From Malacoraja senta (taxonomy: Eukaryota), in NCBI GenBank assembly GCA_038087875.1, contig CM075996.1, positions 1,366,001 through 1,430,000 on the forward strand: a DNA stretch of 64,000 nt, read 5' to 3'. The position numbers and the translations under genes are program-made. The notes under the pieces are model-generated. The model worked only from the letters and a program-made list of their open reading frames with translations. It did no database searches and was not told the DNA's origin. Shown in pieces: positions 48,725 to 61,860 of the stretch (the first letter of the stretch is position 1; every line of letters starts with the position of its first letter).

Positions 48725-49113
48725 TTTAGTTTAGTTTAGAGATACAGCGTGGAAACAGGCCCACCGAGTCCACGGCAACCAGCAATCCCCGTACACGAAC
48801 ACTATCCTACACACACAAGGGTCAATTTACAATTTTAACCAAGCCAATTAACCTACAAACCTGTACGTCTTTGGAGTGTGGGAGGAAACCGGAGATCCCG
48901 GAGAAAACCACGTAGGCCAGAAGGAGAACGAACAAACTCCATAAAGACAGCACCCATGGTCTGGATCAAACCCGGGTCTCTGGCGCTGTAGGGTAGCAAC
49001 CCTACTGGATGATCATATTGAATGGCGGTGCTGGCTGGAAGGGTCAAATGGCCTACTCCTGCACCTATTTTCTATGTTTGTCCTAACCTTGCCATCATTG
49101 CCACCATGCAGCC
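48725..49113 (-). mobile_element. HE1-type V-SINE with a 99-bp insertion in its head
   Basis: Reverse complement of consensus; interrupted at 49005-49103. Confidence 0.8.
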
Positions 49114-50023
49114 CATTCTCCAGAACATTGCTCGAACGTCGTTATTCATGCATGAGGTTATGTGGTAAGTGTGCGCAGGTTATTGGGAATGCAGGCCAAT
49201 CCAGTTCTGTTCACTCCCGATGCCCTTCCTGGAGTATTTCCCACGCGGATCACTGACTAACAGTTATGGTGCAGATCTGGCTTCTGTTATCTGCTCTGTC
49301 TAGCAGTGGTGAAGGTTTTAGATTGTGCCCTAAGAGATGAGATCAGCAAAATTAGCAAATCACAAAGTACTGGAAGAACTGCAGGTCAGGCAGCATCTTT
49401 GGAGGGAACGGGCAGATGTTATTTCAGGACAGGACTCTTCTTCAGAATAATTGCCGAGTCAGCCTAAAGAAGGGTCCCAACCTGAAACATCTGTCCATTC
49501 CCCCCACAGATGCTGTCTGATCCACTGAGTTCTTGCAGCACTTTGGATTTTGCTCAAGATTCCAGCATCTGCAATTCCTTGTGTCTCCTTCTCCTTATTT
49601 CTTGTACCACTGCAACCCACAATGAGGCCACTTGCAAACTGGAGGAACAGCTCCCCAGATTCCGCTTGGGTAGCTCATAACCCAACGGTATGAACATTGA
49701 ATTCTCCAATTCTAGATAACTTACCAAATCCACCCTTCCCCTCCTATTTCCCCCCTCTCTCTTTCCTGTGCCACACCTGGACGCACCCATTTCTCCCCTC
49801 CTCCTTCACTTCCACCTACATTCTTTCCTCTAGCTTCACAATTCAGCTCTGGCCTTTGTGCATCCATCTGCCTTTCACAGCCCCCCCCCCCCCCCCCTTC
49901 GCCTGTATCTATCTACTACCCGCCAGGCTTATTCCTGCCCCTCTTCCCGCTTTATCTCTGCTCCCTCCCCCCACGCCACCACAATCAGTCTGAAGAAAGG
50001 TCCCAACCTGAAACATGCTCCAA

Positions 50024-50332
50024 GGGTGGCACGGTGGCGCAGCGGTAGAGTTGCTGCCTTACAGCGAATGCAGCGCCGGAGACCCGGGTTCGATCCCGAC
50101 TACGGGTGCTGTCTGCAGGGAGTTTGTACTTTCTTCGGCTTGCTCCCACACTCCAAAGATGTTCAGGTTTGTAGGTTCATTGTTTTGGGTTTGTATATAC
50201 TTAGTATAAGTGTAACCTGTCCCTGGTGTGTGTAGGCTTGTGTGAATGTGCGGGGATTGCTGGTCGGTGAGGACTCGGTGGGCCGAAGGAACTGTTTCTG
50301 CGCTGTATCTATAAACTAAACTAAACTAAATA
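50024..50332 (+). mobile_element. HE1-type V-SINE
   Basis: Consensus similarity, (taaac)n tail. Confidence 0.85.
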
Positions 50333-51714
50333 AAACAGCCTGATCCCCTGAGTTACTTCAGCACTTGGTGTCTTTTTTTTCAGTTATAAATCCAAGTTGT
50401 TTTGTGTAGTTTTAAGATGGAATGTCACTTCCCAACTACCCCCTCCCTAAAACACCCATTGCCCAGGATAAATGACAAAACCACATTTAAAATAAAGTGG
50501 TTTGAAGAAGGGTCTCGACCCAAAACGTCACCTATTTCCTTCGCTCCATAGATACTGCCTCACCCGCTGAGTTTCTCCAGCATTTTTGTCTACCTTTAAA
50601 ATAAAGTTATCATTTGTGGCGTACCTGTACAAATAAGAGCTGAATTGTCAAATACTCAAGTCATTACGATGATGGGAACTGTTATCTTCTTTGAAGAGTG
50701 TCCATTATGAGGAACTGTGATGAAATAATTACAAGTGTTTCACATCGAGTCACTGTCAACTTCAGATATCACGTCAAATTATTGAAGTATTATTTTTTAA
50801 TCAGGAACGAGCAGACTTTGTCAGCGGCACGTTACAAGGGCAGGAATATTTGCGTTTGGAAACTCATTTTATTTAGTTTCCAGCGAGTTGCCAGAATCGT
50901 TGACCTGTATCTTTCAGGAAATGCAGAAATAGCAGCTTGAGGCTTGGTCACAGCAGCTGCAAGACCAGAAGCCGTTGCGCAAAAATAAAAAAAGTTGCTT
51001 TGAGATCAAATTGCTCAGATTTCCTGTGACTTAGTTTTTTTAAATATTAACAGCAGAGTGGGAGAAGAGTCAGTAACCCCTCAAGTCTGTAACAAGAAAG
51101 ATTTATATTGTGTCGTGCTGGGCTAGTTTTCTTTGGAACGCCAGAGGTTGAGGAGAGACCTGATAGAAGTGTATACAATGATGGTTGGGGAGACAGGTCA
51201 GAACCTCTTTCCCCAGAGGGGAAATGCCAAAGATTAGAGGGCATAGCTTTAAGGATGGAGGGGCAAGAACTTGGAAGGACATGTGCTGGGTGAGTATTTT
51301 TGCACAGAGTGGTGGTAGAGGCTTTAGGATAGGTGCATGGATATGGAGGGATATGGATCACGTGCAGGCAGAGAGGATTAGTTTAACTTGCCATCATGTG
51401 TGGCGCGGACATTGTGGGCCGAAGGGCCTGTTCCAGTGTTGCATCTCTAAACCATCGCAAGTTGTACCACACACAATCTCCAATAATATTCCTGACTTTA
51501 ATATGTCTTCAGTCTGTCGTTGTTGTGCCAAAATTCGGGAATGCTGCTGGGATCCGGCGGATAAGCCGGAGGGTATGAATGTTGTCTTGCACTGGTGTGG
51601 GGCTTGCAGGATGGAGCAGAGACACGTAATCTGTACACCATCACCTGCCTATATGGAAGGAAGGCAAAGAAAGAACAGGCAAGTTGGGATTAACAAAATA
51701 GGCAGTGCTGACTT

Positions 51715-52008
51715 TAGAATCTAGAGATCCAGCGTGGAACCAGGCCCTTCGGCCCAACGAATCCATGCTGACCAGCAATGTCCATGTACACTAACACTAT
51801 CCGAAACACTAGGGAAAAGTTACAGAAGCTAATTAACCTACAAACCTGCCTGTCTTTGGAGTGTGGGAGGAAACCGGAGCACCTGGAGAAAACCCACGTG
51901 GTCACGGGGAGAATGCACAAATTCTGTACAGACAGCACCCGTGGTCAGGATCGAACCTGGATCTCTGGCGCTGTGAGGCAGCAACTCTACCGCTGAGCCA
52001 CCGCCGCC
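51715..52008 (-). mobile_element. HE1-type V-SINE
   Basis: Reverse complement of consensus. Confidence 0.85.
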
Positions 52009-55000
52009 AAATATTGATGACCCAATGTGATTTACATGTTGGGTGAATGGGCAAATGTATGGCAGATATTATTGGAATAATATTAATGTGGGTAAATGCA
52101 AGGCTATTCATTTATTTTCTAAAATCACAGCCAAATTATTCATGTAGGAAGGAACTGCAGAAGCTGATTTATATTGAAGATAGACATAAAATGCTGGAGT
52201 AACTCGGTGGGTCAGGCAGCATCTCTGGAGAAAAGGAAGAGGTGACGGGGTTGGGTCTGAATGAAGAAGAGTCTTGACCCAAAGCGTCACCAATCCTTCT
52301 CTCCAGAGATGCTGCCTGTCCCGCTGAGTTACTCCAGCATTTATGTCTACCGTCTGAATGGTGAAAGTTTGTAGTGGTGAATGGTGAGATTCCCACCGGC
52401 TTTAAGAAGACTACTGTTATCTGGATTGATTAGATCTGCATTCACTGGAGTTGAGTAGAATGAGCGGGAGATCTCATGGAAACTGGATAAAGGTAGGCTG
52501 ATCCCGATAGATGGGGAGTGCAGAACCAGGGGTTACAGCCATGTAGAACCAAGATCGGGAGAACGTTGTTCATCTCTGGAGTGATGAACCTGTAAAACTT
52601 TCTACCACAGAAGATATTGAAAGCCAAATGTATAGGAAGGAACTGCAGATGTTGGTTTACACCGAAGATTATGCTTAAGAAATGAGTTGACACGTTTCTT
52701 AGTGCCAAAGAGATGGAAGGATAGGGGGTAGAAGTAGAGTAGGTTATTAAAGCCAATGATAAACTGAAATAGGTGTGAATAGGAGGCCAGGGACACATGG
52801 CAAACACCTATTTTTTATCTTTCTAAATGTTCTGCATCGTGTGCTGGGTATATTTTAAGAACAGCACCATTTCCGAAGCAAAAGTACAAATAGAAGAGTG
52901 TTGCACCTTTGGTGTTGCTGGTGTTGCTGTGCCACAGTTGCAGCAGAGGTACATGTGCCCACACCAGGGGCAGGGTGTGCTCTTGTAAGCGCTTGACTGA
53001 ACATAGAAGCCGAAAGTCATTTAAGAAGGGGTGGGTGCCGAGGTTACACTCCGTTAGCAGACTGGCCCTGCTCTCACCGCCTTCACTGCACAGCATATGT
53101 CCGATGCAGGTGGCACATCTTATTTTAGAATTCATCAGACCCACGTAGAGGATTGTGGGACTTTCCTTTGCACAGTTGTGGCTTCTTTGTGGGTAGTGGG
53201 TAATCTTTGTAATCAAGACTTGTTTATTTTTAGTCGGTCGGCGACGTTTAGATTTCTTCTTTTCTATCGTACCGGCATAATCCCAAGACATAAGCAAGAA
53301 TCCTTTCAACATGTTTTCTTGTGTAATCGTGTGTGGAAGGAGGAATCGTGATCTTGTTAGAATATTGGTTTAGCTCTTTGTTTCAATATAATGCCGCCTT
53401 CCCTGAAAATTCTGCGGCTGCCGGCTTTGTAGAATGACATTTGAGTGACTGTTGTTCATGTACACACCGCGTGTACACTTGCCTGTGTGTGTGTGTGTGT
53501 AAATGAATAGGCTCGGGGATATTAATCAGTGGTCAGATTCTTAAATTAATTCTATTCCTCTTGTATACCCTTCCATGTGTAAATTGTCATTCATTAGAAA
53601 AGTGAAGAGAAAATTAACCTTCCAAATTACTATCATAAAGTGATGCCCATTGTGTCAAATCTTCCTGCTCACACTCCATTGGCTTGCAGGCTGTTAATAA
53701 GAAATTGGAACAGAATTTGGCCCATCAGGACTACTCTGCCATTCAATCATGGCTGATCTATCTTTCCCTCTTAACCCCATTCTCCTGCCTTCAACCTATA
53801 ACCCCTGACACTCGTACTAATCAAGAAACTATGTATCTTTGTCCTAAAATTATTTATTGGCTTGGCCTCCGCAGCCTTCTGTGGCAATGAATTCTACAGA
53901 TTCACCACCCTTTGACTAAAGAAATTCCTCCTCATCTTAATAAAGGAACGACCTTTAATTCTATGGCTGTGCCCTCTGGTCCTAGACTTTCCCGCTAGTG
54001 GAAAAATCCTCTCCACATCCACTCTATCCAGGTCTTTCACTATGCGATTCACTGAGGCTGATGATCTGTGGACTGCTAAAGCATTTGTACCACCGTGAAT
54101 CACCACAGTAAAGTGGGTAGGGCTATGCTTTAGGAAGAGGGGAAACATTTATTACTTTCGACAGTGGTGCATCAAATGAATCCCAGTGTTCCACTTGGTA
54201 GGCCAGTTTGTATTTGAGTCCTGCATAACACAGAGCCCCTGGTTTTGATTCCTGTTGAAAAAAATTACAACGGTTTCAAGCACCAGGAGCCAAGGAGAGC
54301 AAAGCACTGGTTGAGGTGAGAGTTGAGGCTCCCAGCTAAGTGTAGTTGGTGGATGTCACTTCATTGGCTGCATTTACAGGAACCATTGAATGTGTTGCGT
54401 TCGTTCAACCCTGAGCCAGCGATGTGTTAAGTGAGATGCTTCGCTTTGGGTGCAGCAATCAGCTGCGGTCCAAGATCCCTCTATAGTAGTCAGTTCTGAG
54501 GTTACCTACTCGACCATCAGTGTTTCTCACATCTTGCTGCTGTCGAATTGCTCGTTGACATTTTGGGAAACGGTGTCATTATATTGAAACAAAGAGCAAA
54601 ACAAAAATATTCCAGCAAGACCCCTTCCAAATACCTGCCACCGTACTTAGTTACACAAGCAATCACACTGAACACAATCTTGCTGAAAATAGATTTGGAA
54701 AAAGTTGCACCTTGCAAGGTTACTGTTGTGAGCGATGTAAAGAACTTTTGTCAGCTGACAAGGTGCCATAGAAATGTAAACATTGAATACAAGAAAGCAA
54801 GATTTACTTAACATGTGTCTTGGGACTCGTCTTTTCATGGGATTTTGTATTGCATTTATAAACTCCAACTGAGTGTAAGTTTCATCGGGAGCTTTGTTGC
54901 AAATTATTATATCTGATTTCAATTCTGTGCCCTTAAACTAATAAACTGCTGCTACTCACGATCAAAAAGCTAGTGTTGCCTTGGGAGATGCTGACCTGCT

Positions 55001-55779
55001 GTGTGCCCCCAGATATAAGTGGTTAAGGGTGTGACATGGCTTCATTGAAATGGTTGAGGGTGGAGTGATTTCAGCAGTAGAAGAATATATATTTGGTTTC
55101 CACACCACCTCAATAACAACTGAAGTGCTAACCCTGACTGGTAAAGTTTAAAGGAGATGCATGGACAGGTTTCTTCACACAGAATGATGGGTGTCAGGAA
55201 CGCGCTGGTGTGTGTGGTGGTGGAGGCAGATACGAATGTAGCATTTAGGAGACTTTTAGATAGGCACGTGGATATACAGGGAGTGGGGGGATATGGATCA
55301 TGTGCAGACATGGTTTATTTTGGCATTGATCAGCCATGATCACATTGAATGGCAGTGCTGGCTCAAAGGGCCGAATGGCCTACCCCTGCACCTATGGTCT
55401 ATTATGTTTGGGCACAGACATTGTGGGCCAAGCCACTTGTTGCTGTGATGCTCTCTTATATGTTCTCAATTAAAATACAGAGCTATCATTGTATTCCAGA
55501 GCTGTTAGAATCATGGAGCTGTATCGCACATTAACAGGCCCTTCGGCCCATCTTGTCCATGCAAGTCACCAAGGATTTTTTTCCTCCACTTCCCATGATC
55601 ATAACAGGCACCTAAATGGAAAAGTCTTCACATGAGATGGCCACAATCTGTCAGCTATTCTCTGGAAATCCCCACCTAACCGCTCTGTTGAAGGGCCTTC
55701 ACCATAAGGACTGAGGAACCCAGCATTAACAAGATTTGTGTTATCAGTGCCAACCTTGTCAGTGAAGGCCACATACTAA

Positions 55780-55986
55780 TGGGCCTGTCCCACTTAAGCA
55801 ATTATTTGGGCGACTACAGGCGACTGCCATAAAATTTTCAACATGTTGATAATCTTTCGGCGACAGTGGCGACAATTTTTGCAGTCGTAGATTGACGTAG
55901 GTTGTCGCCAGGTGCCGTAGGTGAATTCCATTACAACTAGTCCCTGGCAGTCGCCTAAAGAGTTGCCTAAAAGGCCTGTCCCACTT
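55780..55986. mobile_element. PIF/Harbinger-type MITE with an anomalous right end
   Basis: taa|TGGGCCTGTCCCACTT left TIR; shared internal palindrome; second TIR-like copy at 55972-55986 in direct orientation. Confidence 0.7.
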
Positions 55987-55987
55987 G

Positions 55988-56062
55988 GTCATATAACCAT
56001 ATAACCATATAACCATTACAGCACGGAAACAGGCCATCTCGGCCCTTCAAGTCCGTGCCGAA

Positions 56063-56099
<37 letters not shown>

Positions 56100-58596
56100 A
56101 ATACTTCCCCCTAGTCCCATCTACCTGCACTCAGACCATAACCCTCCATTCCTTTCCCGTCCATATACCCATCCAATCTATTTTTAAAGGATAAAATCGA
56201 ACCAGCCTCCACCATTTCCACTGGAAGCTCATTCCACACAGCTACCACTCTCTGAGTAAAGAAGTTCCCCCTAATGTTACCCCTAAACTTCTGTCCCTTA
56301 ATTCTCAAGTCATGTCCCCTTGTTTGAATCTTCCCTACTCTCAATGGAAAAAGCTTATCCACGTCAACTCTGTCTAACCCGCTCATAATTTTAAAGACCT
56401 CTATCAAGTCCCCTCTTAACCTTCTGCGCTCCAAAGAATAAAGACCTAACTTGTTCAACCTTTCTCTGTAACTTAGTTGCTGAAACCCAGGCAACATTCT
56501 AGTAAATCTCCTCTGTACTCTCTCTATTTTGTTGACATCCTTCCTATAATTAGGCGACCAAAATTGTACTCCATACTCCAGAATTGGCCTCACCAATGCC
56601 TTGTACAATTTTAACATTACATCCCAACTTCTATATTCAATGCTCTGATTTATAAAGGCCAGCACCCCAAAAGCTTTCTTTACCACCCTATCTACATGAG
56701 ATTCCACCTTCAGGGAACTATGCACAGTTATTCCTAGATCCCTCTGTTCAACTGCATTCCTCAATTCTCTACCATTTACCATGTACGTCCTATTTTGATT
56801 TGTCCTGCCGAGATGCAGTACCTCACATTTATCAGCATTAAACTCCATCTGCAATCTTTCAGCCCACTCTTCCAAATGGCCTAAATCTCTCTGTAGACTT
56901 TGAAAATCTACTTCATCATCCACCACACCACCTATCTTAGTATCATCTGCATACTTACTAATCCAATTTTCCACACCATCATCCAGATCATTGATGTACA
57001 TGACAAACAACAGTGGACCCAACACAGACCCCTGAGGCACCCCACTAGTCACCGGCCTCCAACCTGACAAACAGCCATCCACCATTACTCTCTGGCATCT
57101 CCCATTCAGCCACTGTTGAATCCATCTTGCTACTCCACCATTAATACCCAACAATTGAATCTTCTTAACCAACCTTCCATGAGGAACCTTGTCAAAGGCC
57201 TTAGTGAAGTCCATATAGACAACATCCACTGCTTTACCCTCATCAATTTCCCTAGTAACCTCTTCGAAAAATTCTAGAAGATTAGTCAAACATGACCTTC
57301 CAGGCACAAATCCATGTTGACTGTTCCTAATCAGACCCTGCTTATCCAGATGCTTATATATATTATCTTTAAGTATCCTTTCCATTAATTTGCCCACCAC
57401 TGACGTCAAACTAACAGGTCTATAATTGCTAGGTTTACTCTTAGAACCCTTTTTAAACAACGGAACAACATGCGCAGTACGCCAATCCTCCGGCAATATT
57501 CCCGTTTCTAATGACATTTGAAATATTTCTGTCATAGCCCCTGCTATTTCTACACTAAATTCCCTCAATGTCCTCGTGAATATCCTGTCAGGACCTGGAG
57601 ACTTATCCGTTTTCATATTTTTCAAAAGTGTCCGCACCTCCTCTTCTTTGAATCTCATAGTTTCCATTGCTACTCTGCTTGTTTCCCTTACCTCACATAA
57701 TTCCATATCCTTCTCCTTGGTGAATACCGAAGAAAAGAAATTGTTCAGTATCTCCCCCATCTCTTTTGGCTCTGCAGATAGCTGTCCACTCTGACTCTCT
57801 AATGGACCAATTTTATTCCTTGTTATCCTTTTGCTATTAATATAGCTGTAGAAACCCTTTGGATTTACTTTCACCTTACTTGCCAAAGCAACCTCATATC
57901 TTCTTCTAGCTTTTCTAATTTCTTTCTTAATATTCTTTTTACATTCTTTATACTCCTCAAGCACCTCATTTACTCCATGCTGCCTATAATTATTGTAGAT
58001 CTCTCTCTTTTTCCGAACCGTGTCCAATTTCCTTTGAATACCATGGCTCTTTCCAATTTTTACTATTTCCTTTCAACCGAACAGGTACATAAAGATTCTG
58101 TACTCTTAAAATTTCACCTTTAAATTTCACCTCCATTTCTCTTCTACATCCTTCCCATAAAACAACATGTCCCAATTCACTCCTTTTAAATCCTTTCGCA
58201 TCTCCTCAAAGTTAGCCTTTCTCCAATCAAAAATCTCAACCCTAGGTCCAGTTCTGACCCTCTCCATAATTATATTGAAACTAATGGTATTGTGATCACT
58301 GGACCCGAAGTGCTCCCCAACGCTTACCTCCGCCACCTGCCCGGTCTCATTTCCTAACAGGAGGTCCAGCACTGCCCCTTCTCTAGTAGGCACCTCTATG
58401 TATTGCTGCAAAAAACTATCCTGCACACATTTTACAAACTCCAAACCATCCAGCCCTTTTACAGAATGTGTTTCCCAGTCTATGTGTGGAAAATTGAAAT
58501 CTCCCACAATCACTACCTTGTGCTTACTACTAATATCTGCTATCTCCTTACATATTTGCTCTTCCAATTCTCGCTCCCCATTTGGCGGTCTATAAT
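55988..58596 (-). mobile_element. Young 5'-truncated CR1 (HER1-like) LINE
   Basis: APE endonuclease C-terminal part (VIVGDFNFP, SDHNTI) at 58127-58567, RT ORF at 56111-58027, (ggttatat)n tail; truncated at YRPP. Confidence 0.93.
56111..58027 (-). pseudogene. CR1 ORF2 reverse transcriptase remnant (638 aa open; separated from the endonuclease by frameshifts)
   Basis: KSPGPD, NYRPVSLTS, QHGF, DFTKAFDKVPH, GVPQGSVLGPLLF, KYADD motifs. Confidence 0.9.
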
Positions 58597-58702
58597 GTCA
58601 TCACTGGAGTTATTACAGTGTGTAAATCAGAAATGTGAATGGTTTAATTGGAATTATTGTTAATCTGACTGTTTTGTTCCATTTCTTGTTGCTGACATGC
58701 AG

Positions 58703-58805
58703 GATGCGAAAGCGAGATGCCGGGAGTGCTCCTAACCTTGGAGACAGAGTTCCCTACGTAATTATCAGTGCTGCAAAAGGTGCGGCAGCCTACATGAAGT
58801 CAGAG
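58703..58805 (+). CDS. POLD1: POLD1 coding exon (equiv. exon 22); the gene continues beyond the window
   Basis: cag|GATGCGA...TCAGAG|gtagcc; 103 bp; [34 protein letters not shown]. Confidence 0.96.
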
Positions 58806-59155
58806 GTAGCCATGTTTTCAGTTTGCTTGCAAATTTGGTCTTGTGTTGTTCTTGTACTTGTTCTGGGACATGCTGGCGTAAGGTGTGTGCGGACTCGGTG
58901 CGCCAAAGGCTCTTTCCACACTGTATCTCTAAACTAAACTAAACTGCCAGGCGACACCAAATGCACATTCTAGATTTTTTTTTAAACAACACAAATTGCT
59001 GGAGTAACTCAGCAGGTCAGGCATCACCTCTAGACCACGTGGAGAGACGACTTTTGTGTCGGGACCCTTCTTCAGACTGTAGCGGTGAGAAGAGGCTGGA
59101 AGAGAACAGCTTTCTTCCCCATCTCTGCAATCAGTCTGAAGAAGGGTCCTGACCC

Positions 59156-59460
59156 AAAACGCCATCTATCCATGTTCTCCACAGATGCTGCCTGACCCGC
59201 TGAGTTACTCCAGCACTCTGTGAAATGTCACCTATCCATGTTCTCCACAGATGCTGCCTGACCCGCTGAGTTACTCCAGCACTCTGTGAAACGTCACCTA
59301 TCCATGTTCTCCACAGATGCTGCCTGACCCGCTGAGTTACTCCAGCACTCTGTGAAACGTCACCTATCCATGTTCCCCACAGATGCTGCCTGACCCGCTG
59401 AGTTACTCCAGCACTCTGTGAAACGTCACCTATCCATGTTCTCCACTGATGCTGCCGGCT
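59156..59460 (+). repeat. About 4.5 x 66-bp tandem array
   Basis: Same unit; follows the core at 59136. Confidence 0.9.
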
Positions 59461-61461
59461 CTGCTGTGTTAACCCAGCATTTGTGCCAATGTTTGCAAAC
59501 AAGCATCTGCAGTTCCTAGTTTCTGCCTATACCAGTTCCTCTGTAACCTGATTTTGATGAGCCTGCCTATTGTAACATCACAGCATGCATTATAACAGGA
59601 GAGAATCCAGGATTTTAATCTGTGATAGAAACAAATTATCTATTCATTTATAGTTTTCATAACTTCCGCACATTCTGTAGCACCTTAAATTAAAAAAAAT
59701 GTTAAGTTGCAAATGCTGAAAATCCAAAATAAGAACAGAAAATGTTGGCAGGGTGCAGCATTTCTCCACGGAAGAGATGGTGAATGTTTCAAGTCAAGGC
59801 CACCGAGTGGCAGCTTTGAAAGTGGTGGAGGAAGTGTGAAGTTTGCAGAGGGGGTGAGAGGGATGGATTGGACAAAGAGGATATTTGTGAAAGAAAGAGG
59901 CAGACAAAACATTTGTGCATCTTAGAACTTGGTCTTGTGTGAAATGTGCAACGTGAATGGCAAGCAACAAGCCCCCGCAGATAGTGATGAACTGCTGACC
60001 AGATCCTGGTTTTCAGCAGCTATAGAAGAGGGATGTGTTCGCCAGTCAGTGTGCAGGTGAAAGATTTGTATCTTACTGCTCTTCCCCCTCGGTGGCAGCA
60101 GGACCCTCAACAGTAAGGTTTAAGGTTCTTGAGGATGCTCAGAGGTTGTGAAAAGCGATAGGTAAAATACATTATTTTTCTACTGTTATCAAATCATGGA
60201 TTTGCTAACATGATAACGCAATGAGGGTGGAAGGGCTTACACGATGCTGATGAAGTAACTTAGAATTATTGCTGCAACCGGTGCACATTACAACAGTGCA
60301 CGAGCTGGTAGAGTAGACGCAGGGTCCTATATCCAGCCTGTCCTATGACAATACACTTATATCCTAGAGAAACACATAGGTTTAAGGTGAAGGGGGAAAG
60401 ATTTAATAGGAATCTGAGGGGTAACTTTTTCATGCAAAGGGAGGTGGGTGTGTGGAACAAGCTGACAATAGACAATAGGTGCAGGAGTAGGCCATTCGGC
60501 CCTTCGAGCCAGCACCGCCATTCAATGTAATCATGGCTGATCATCCACAATCAGTACCCCGTTCCTGCCTTCTCCCCATATCCCCTGACCTCTGTATCTT
60601 TAAGAGCCCTATCTAGCTCTCTCTTGAAAGTATCCAGAAAACCTGCCTCCACCGCCCTCTGAGGCAGAGAATTCCACAACTACCTGCCAGAGGAGGTAGA
60701 TGAGGCTGGGGCTATCCCAACATTGAAGGAACAGTTAGACAGGTACATGGATAGGACAGGTCTGAAGGGATATGGGCCAAACACGGGCAGGTGAGACTAG
60801 TGTAGCTGGGACATGTTGGCCGGTGTGGGCAAGTTGGGCTGAAGGGCCTGTTTCGACGTTATATCTCTCTATGACTCTAGAGACACAAAATGCTGGAGTA
60901 ACTCGGCGGGTCAGGCAGCATCTCTGGAGAAAAGGATATAGAAAAGATATAAGAAAAGGAAAAGTGTAACCCAGCATCTGCAGTTCCTAGTTGACTTTCG
61001 TCCACCCGGATCCATCCAGATGAGGGGTTACAGGGCAATGCGGTGCTGACTTGAACTTTGTAGATGGTGAAGTGGCTTTGCGTTTGGGAAATATAGAGCT
61101 TCATCCAGTAGACACTGCTTTTGCACTTTCCTCGTGTCCTTAATATATGCTATGGAGTCATCGTGCTGTGCAGCATGGAAACAGGCCTTCTTGGCATATT
61201 GGGCTAGTCCCGTTTGCCTGCGTTTGGCCCATATCCCTCACCCCTTCCTATCGAAATATCTGTCCAAGCGCCTTTTGAAATTGCTAATTGTATCCACTTT
61301 TATAGCTTCCTCTAGCACCTCATTCCTGATACAGACTGCCTTCTGAATGAAAAGGTTACCCTTGAAGTCCCTCTTAAATCTCACTCCTTTCACCTTAAAC
61401 CTATGCCCTCTAGTTTTAGAATCCTCTGGCGTGGGGAAAAAAGGAGTGAGCTTTATGGGAC

Positions 61462-61589
61462 TTTCTTCTTGCGTATAGCGTGCACAGCCTAAAGTTGTAG
61501 AACAACTTGTTCTATTTGATTGTGCACGCCGGGTTGATTGCATTCGTCGAAACAGAGCGGACCATGTGAAGGTTGCAATCTCCCACCCC
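61462..61589 (-). mobile_element. (AAG)n-tailed short retroposon inside a CR1 fragment
   Basis: Reverse complement of 606-748 with a small internal deletion. Confidence 0.75.
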
Positions 61590-61720
61590 TTCCATGCCCC
61601 TTATGATTTTATACATCTTAATAAGTTCAATTGTATTTTTGCTTTCTGCAGTTTAATACATTTATGCAGTTAGCATAAATTCATTCCTGTTTCTGATTCT
61701 GCATTTTGTAAGTGAAAATA

Positions 61721-61860
61721 GGGGTGGGAGATTGCAACCATCACGTGGTCCACCCTGTTTCAACGAATGCAATCAACCTGTCGTGCAGAATCAAATAAGA
61801 TCAAACAGAACCAGTTGTCTTACAACTTTAGGCTGTCCACGCCATATGCAAGAAGAAGAA
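61721..61860 (+). mobile_element. (AAG)n-tailed short retroposon
   Basis: TGAAAAT direct repeat at 61713-61719 and 61861-61867. Confidence 0.78.

Noticed and set aside
50715..50790. C/D-box snoRNA candidates (RTGATGA here and near 8603, 19983 and 59984)
   Set aside because: No suitably spaced terminal CTGA with a closing stem and no recognisable rRNA guide.
51185..54922. Nested or antisense protein-coding gene suggested by 90-180 aa ORFs
   Set aside because: No recognisable domains or consistent splice-site chain. Several ORFs overlap decayed CR1 sequence.
56111..58027. Functional or domesticated reverse transcriptase gene
   Set aside because: 5'-truncated CR1 with frameshifts upstream, no ORF1 or promoter, and a typical CR1 3' tail.
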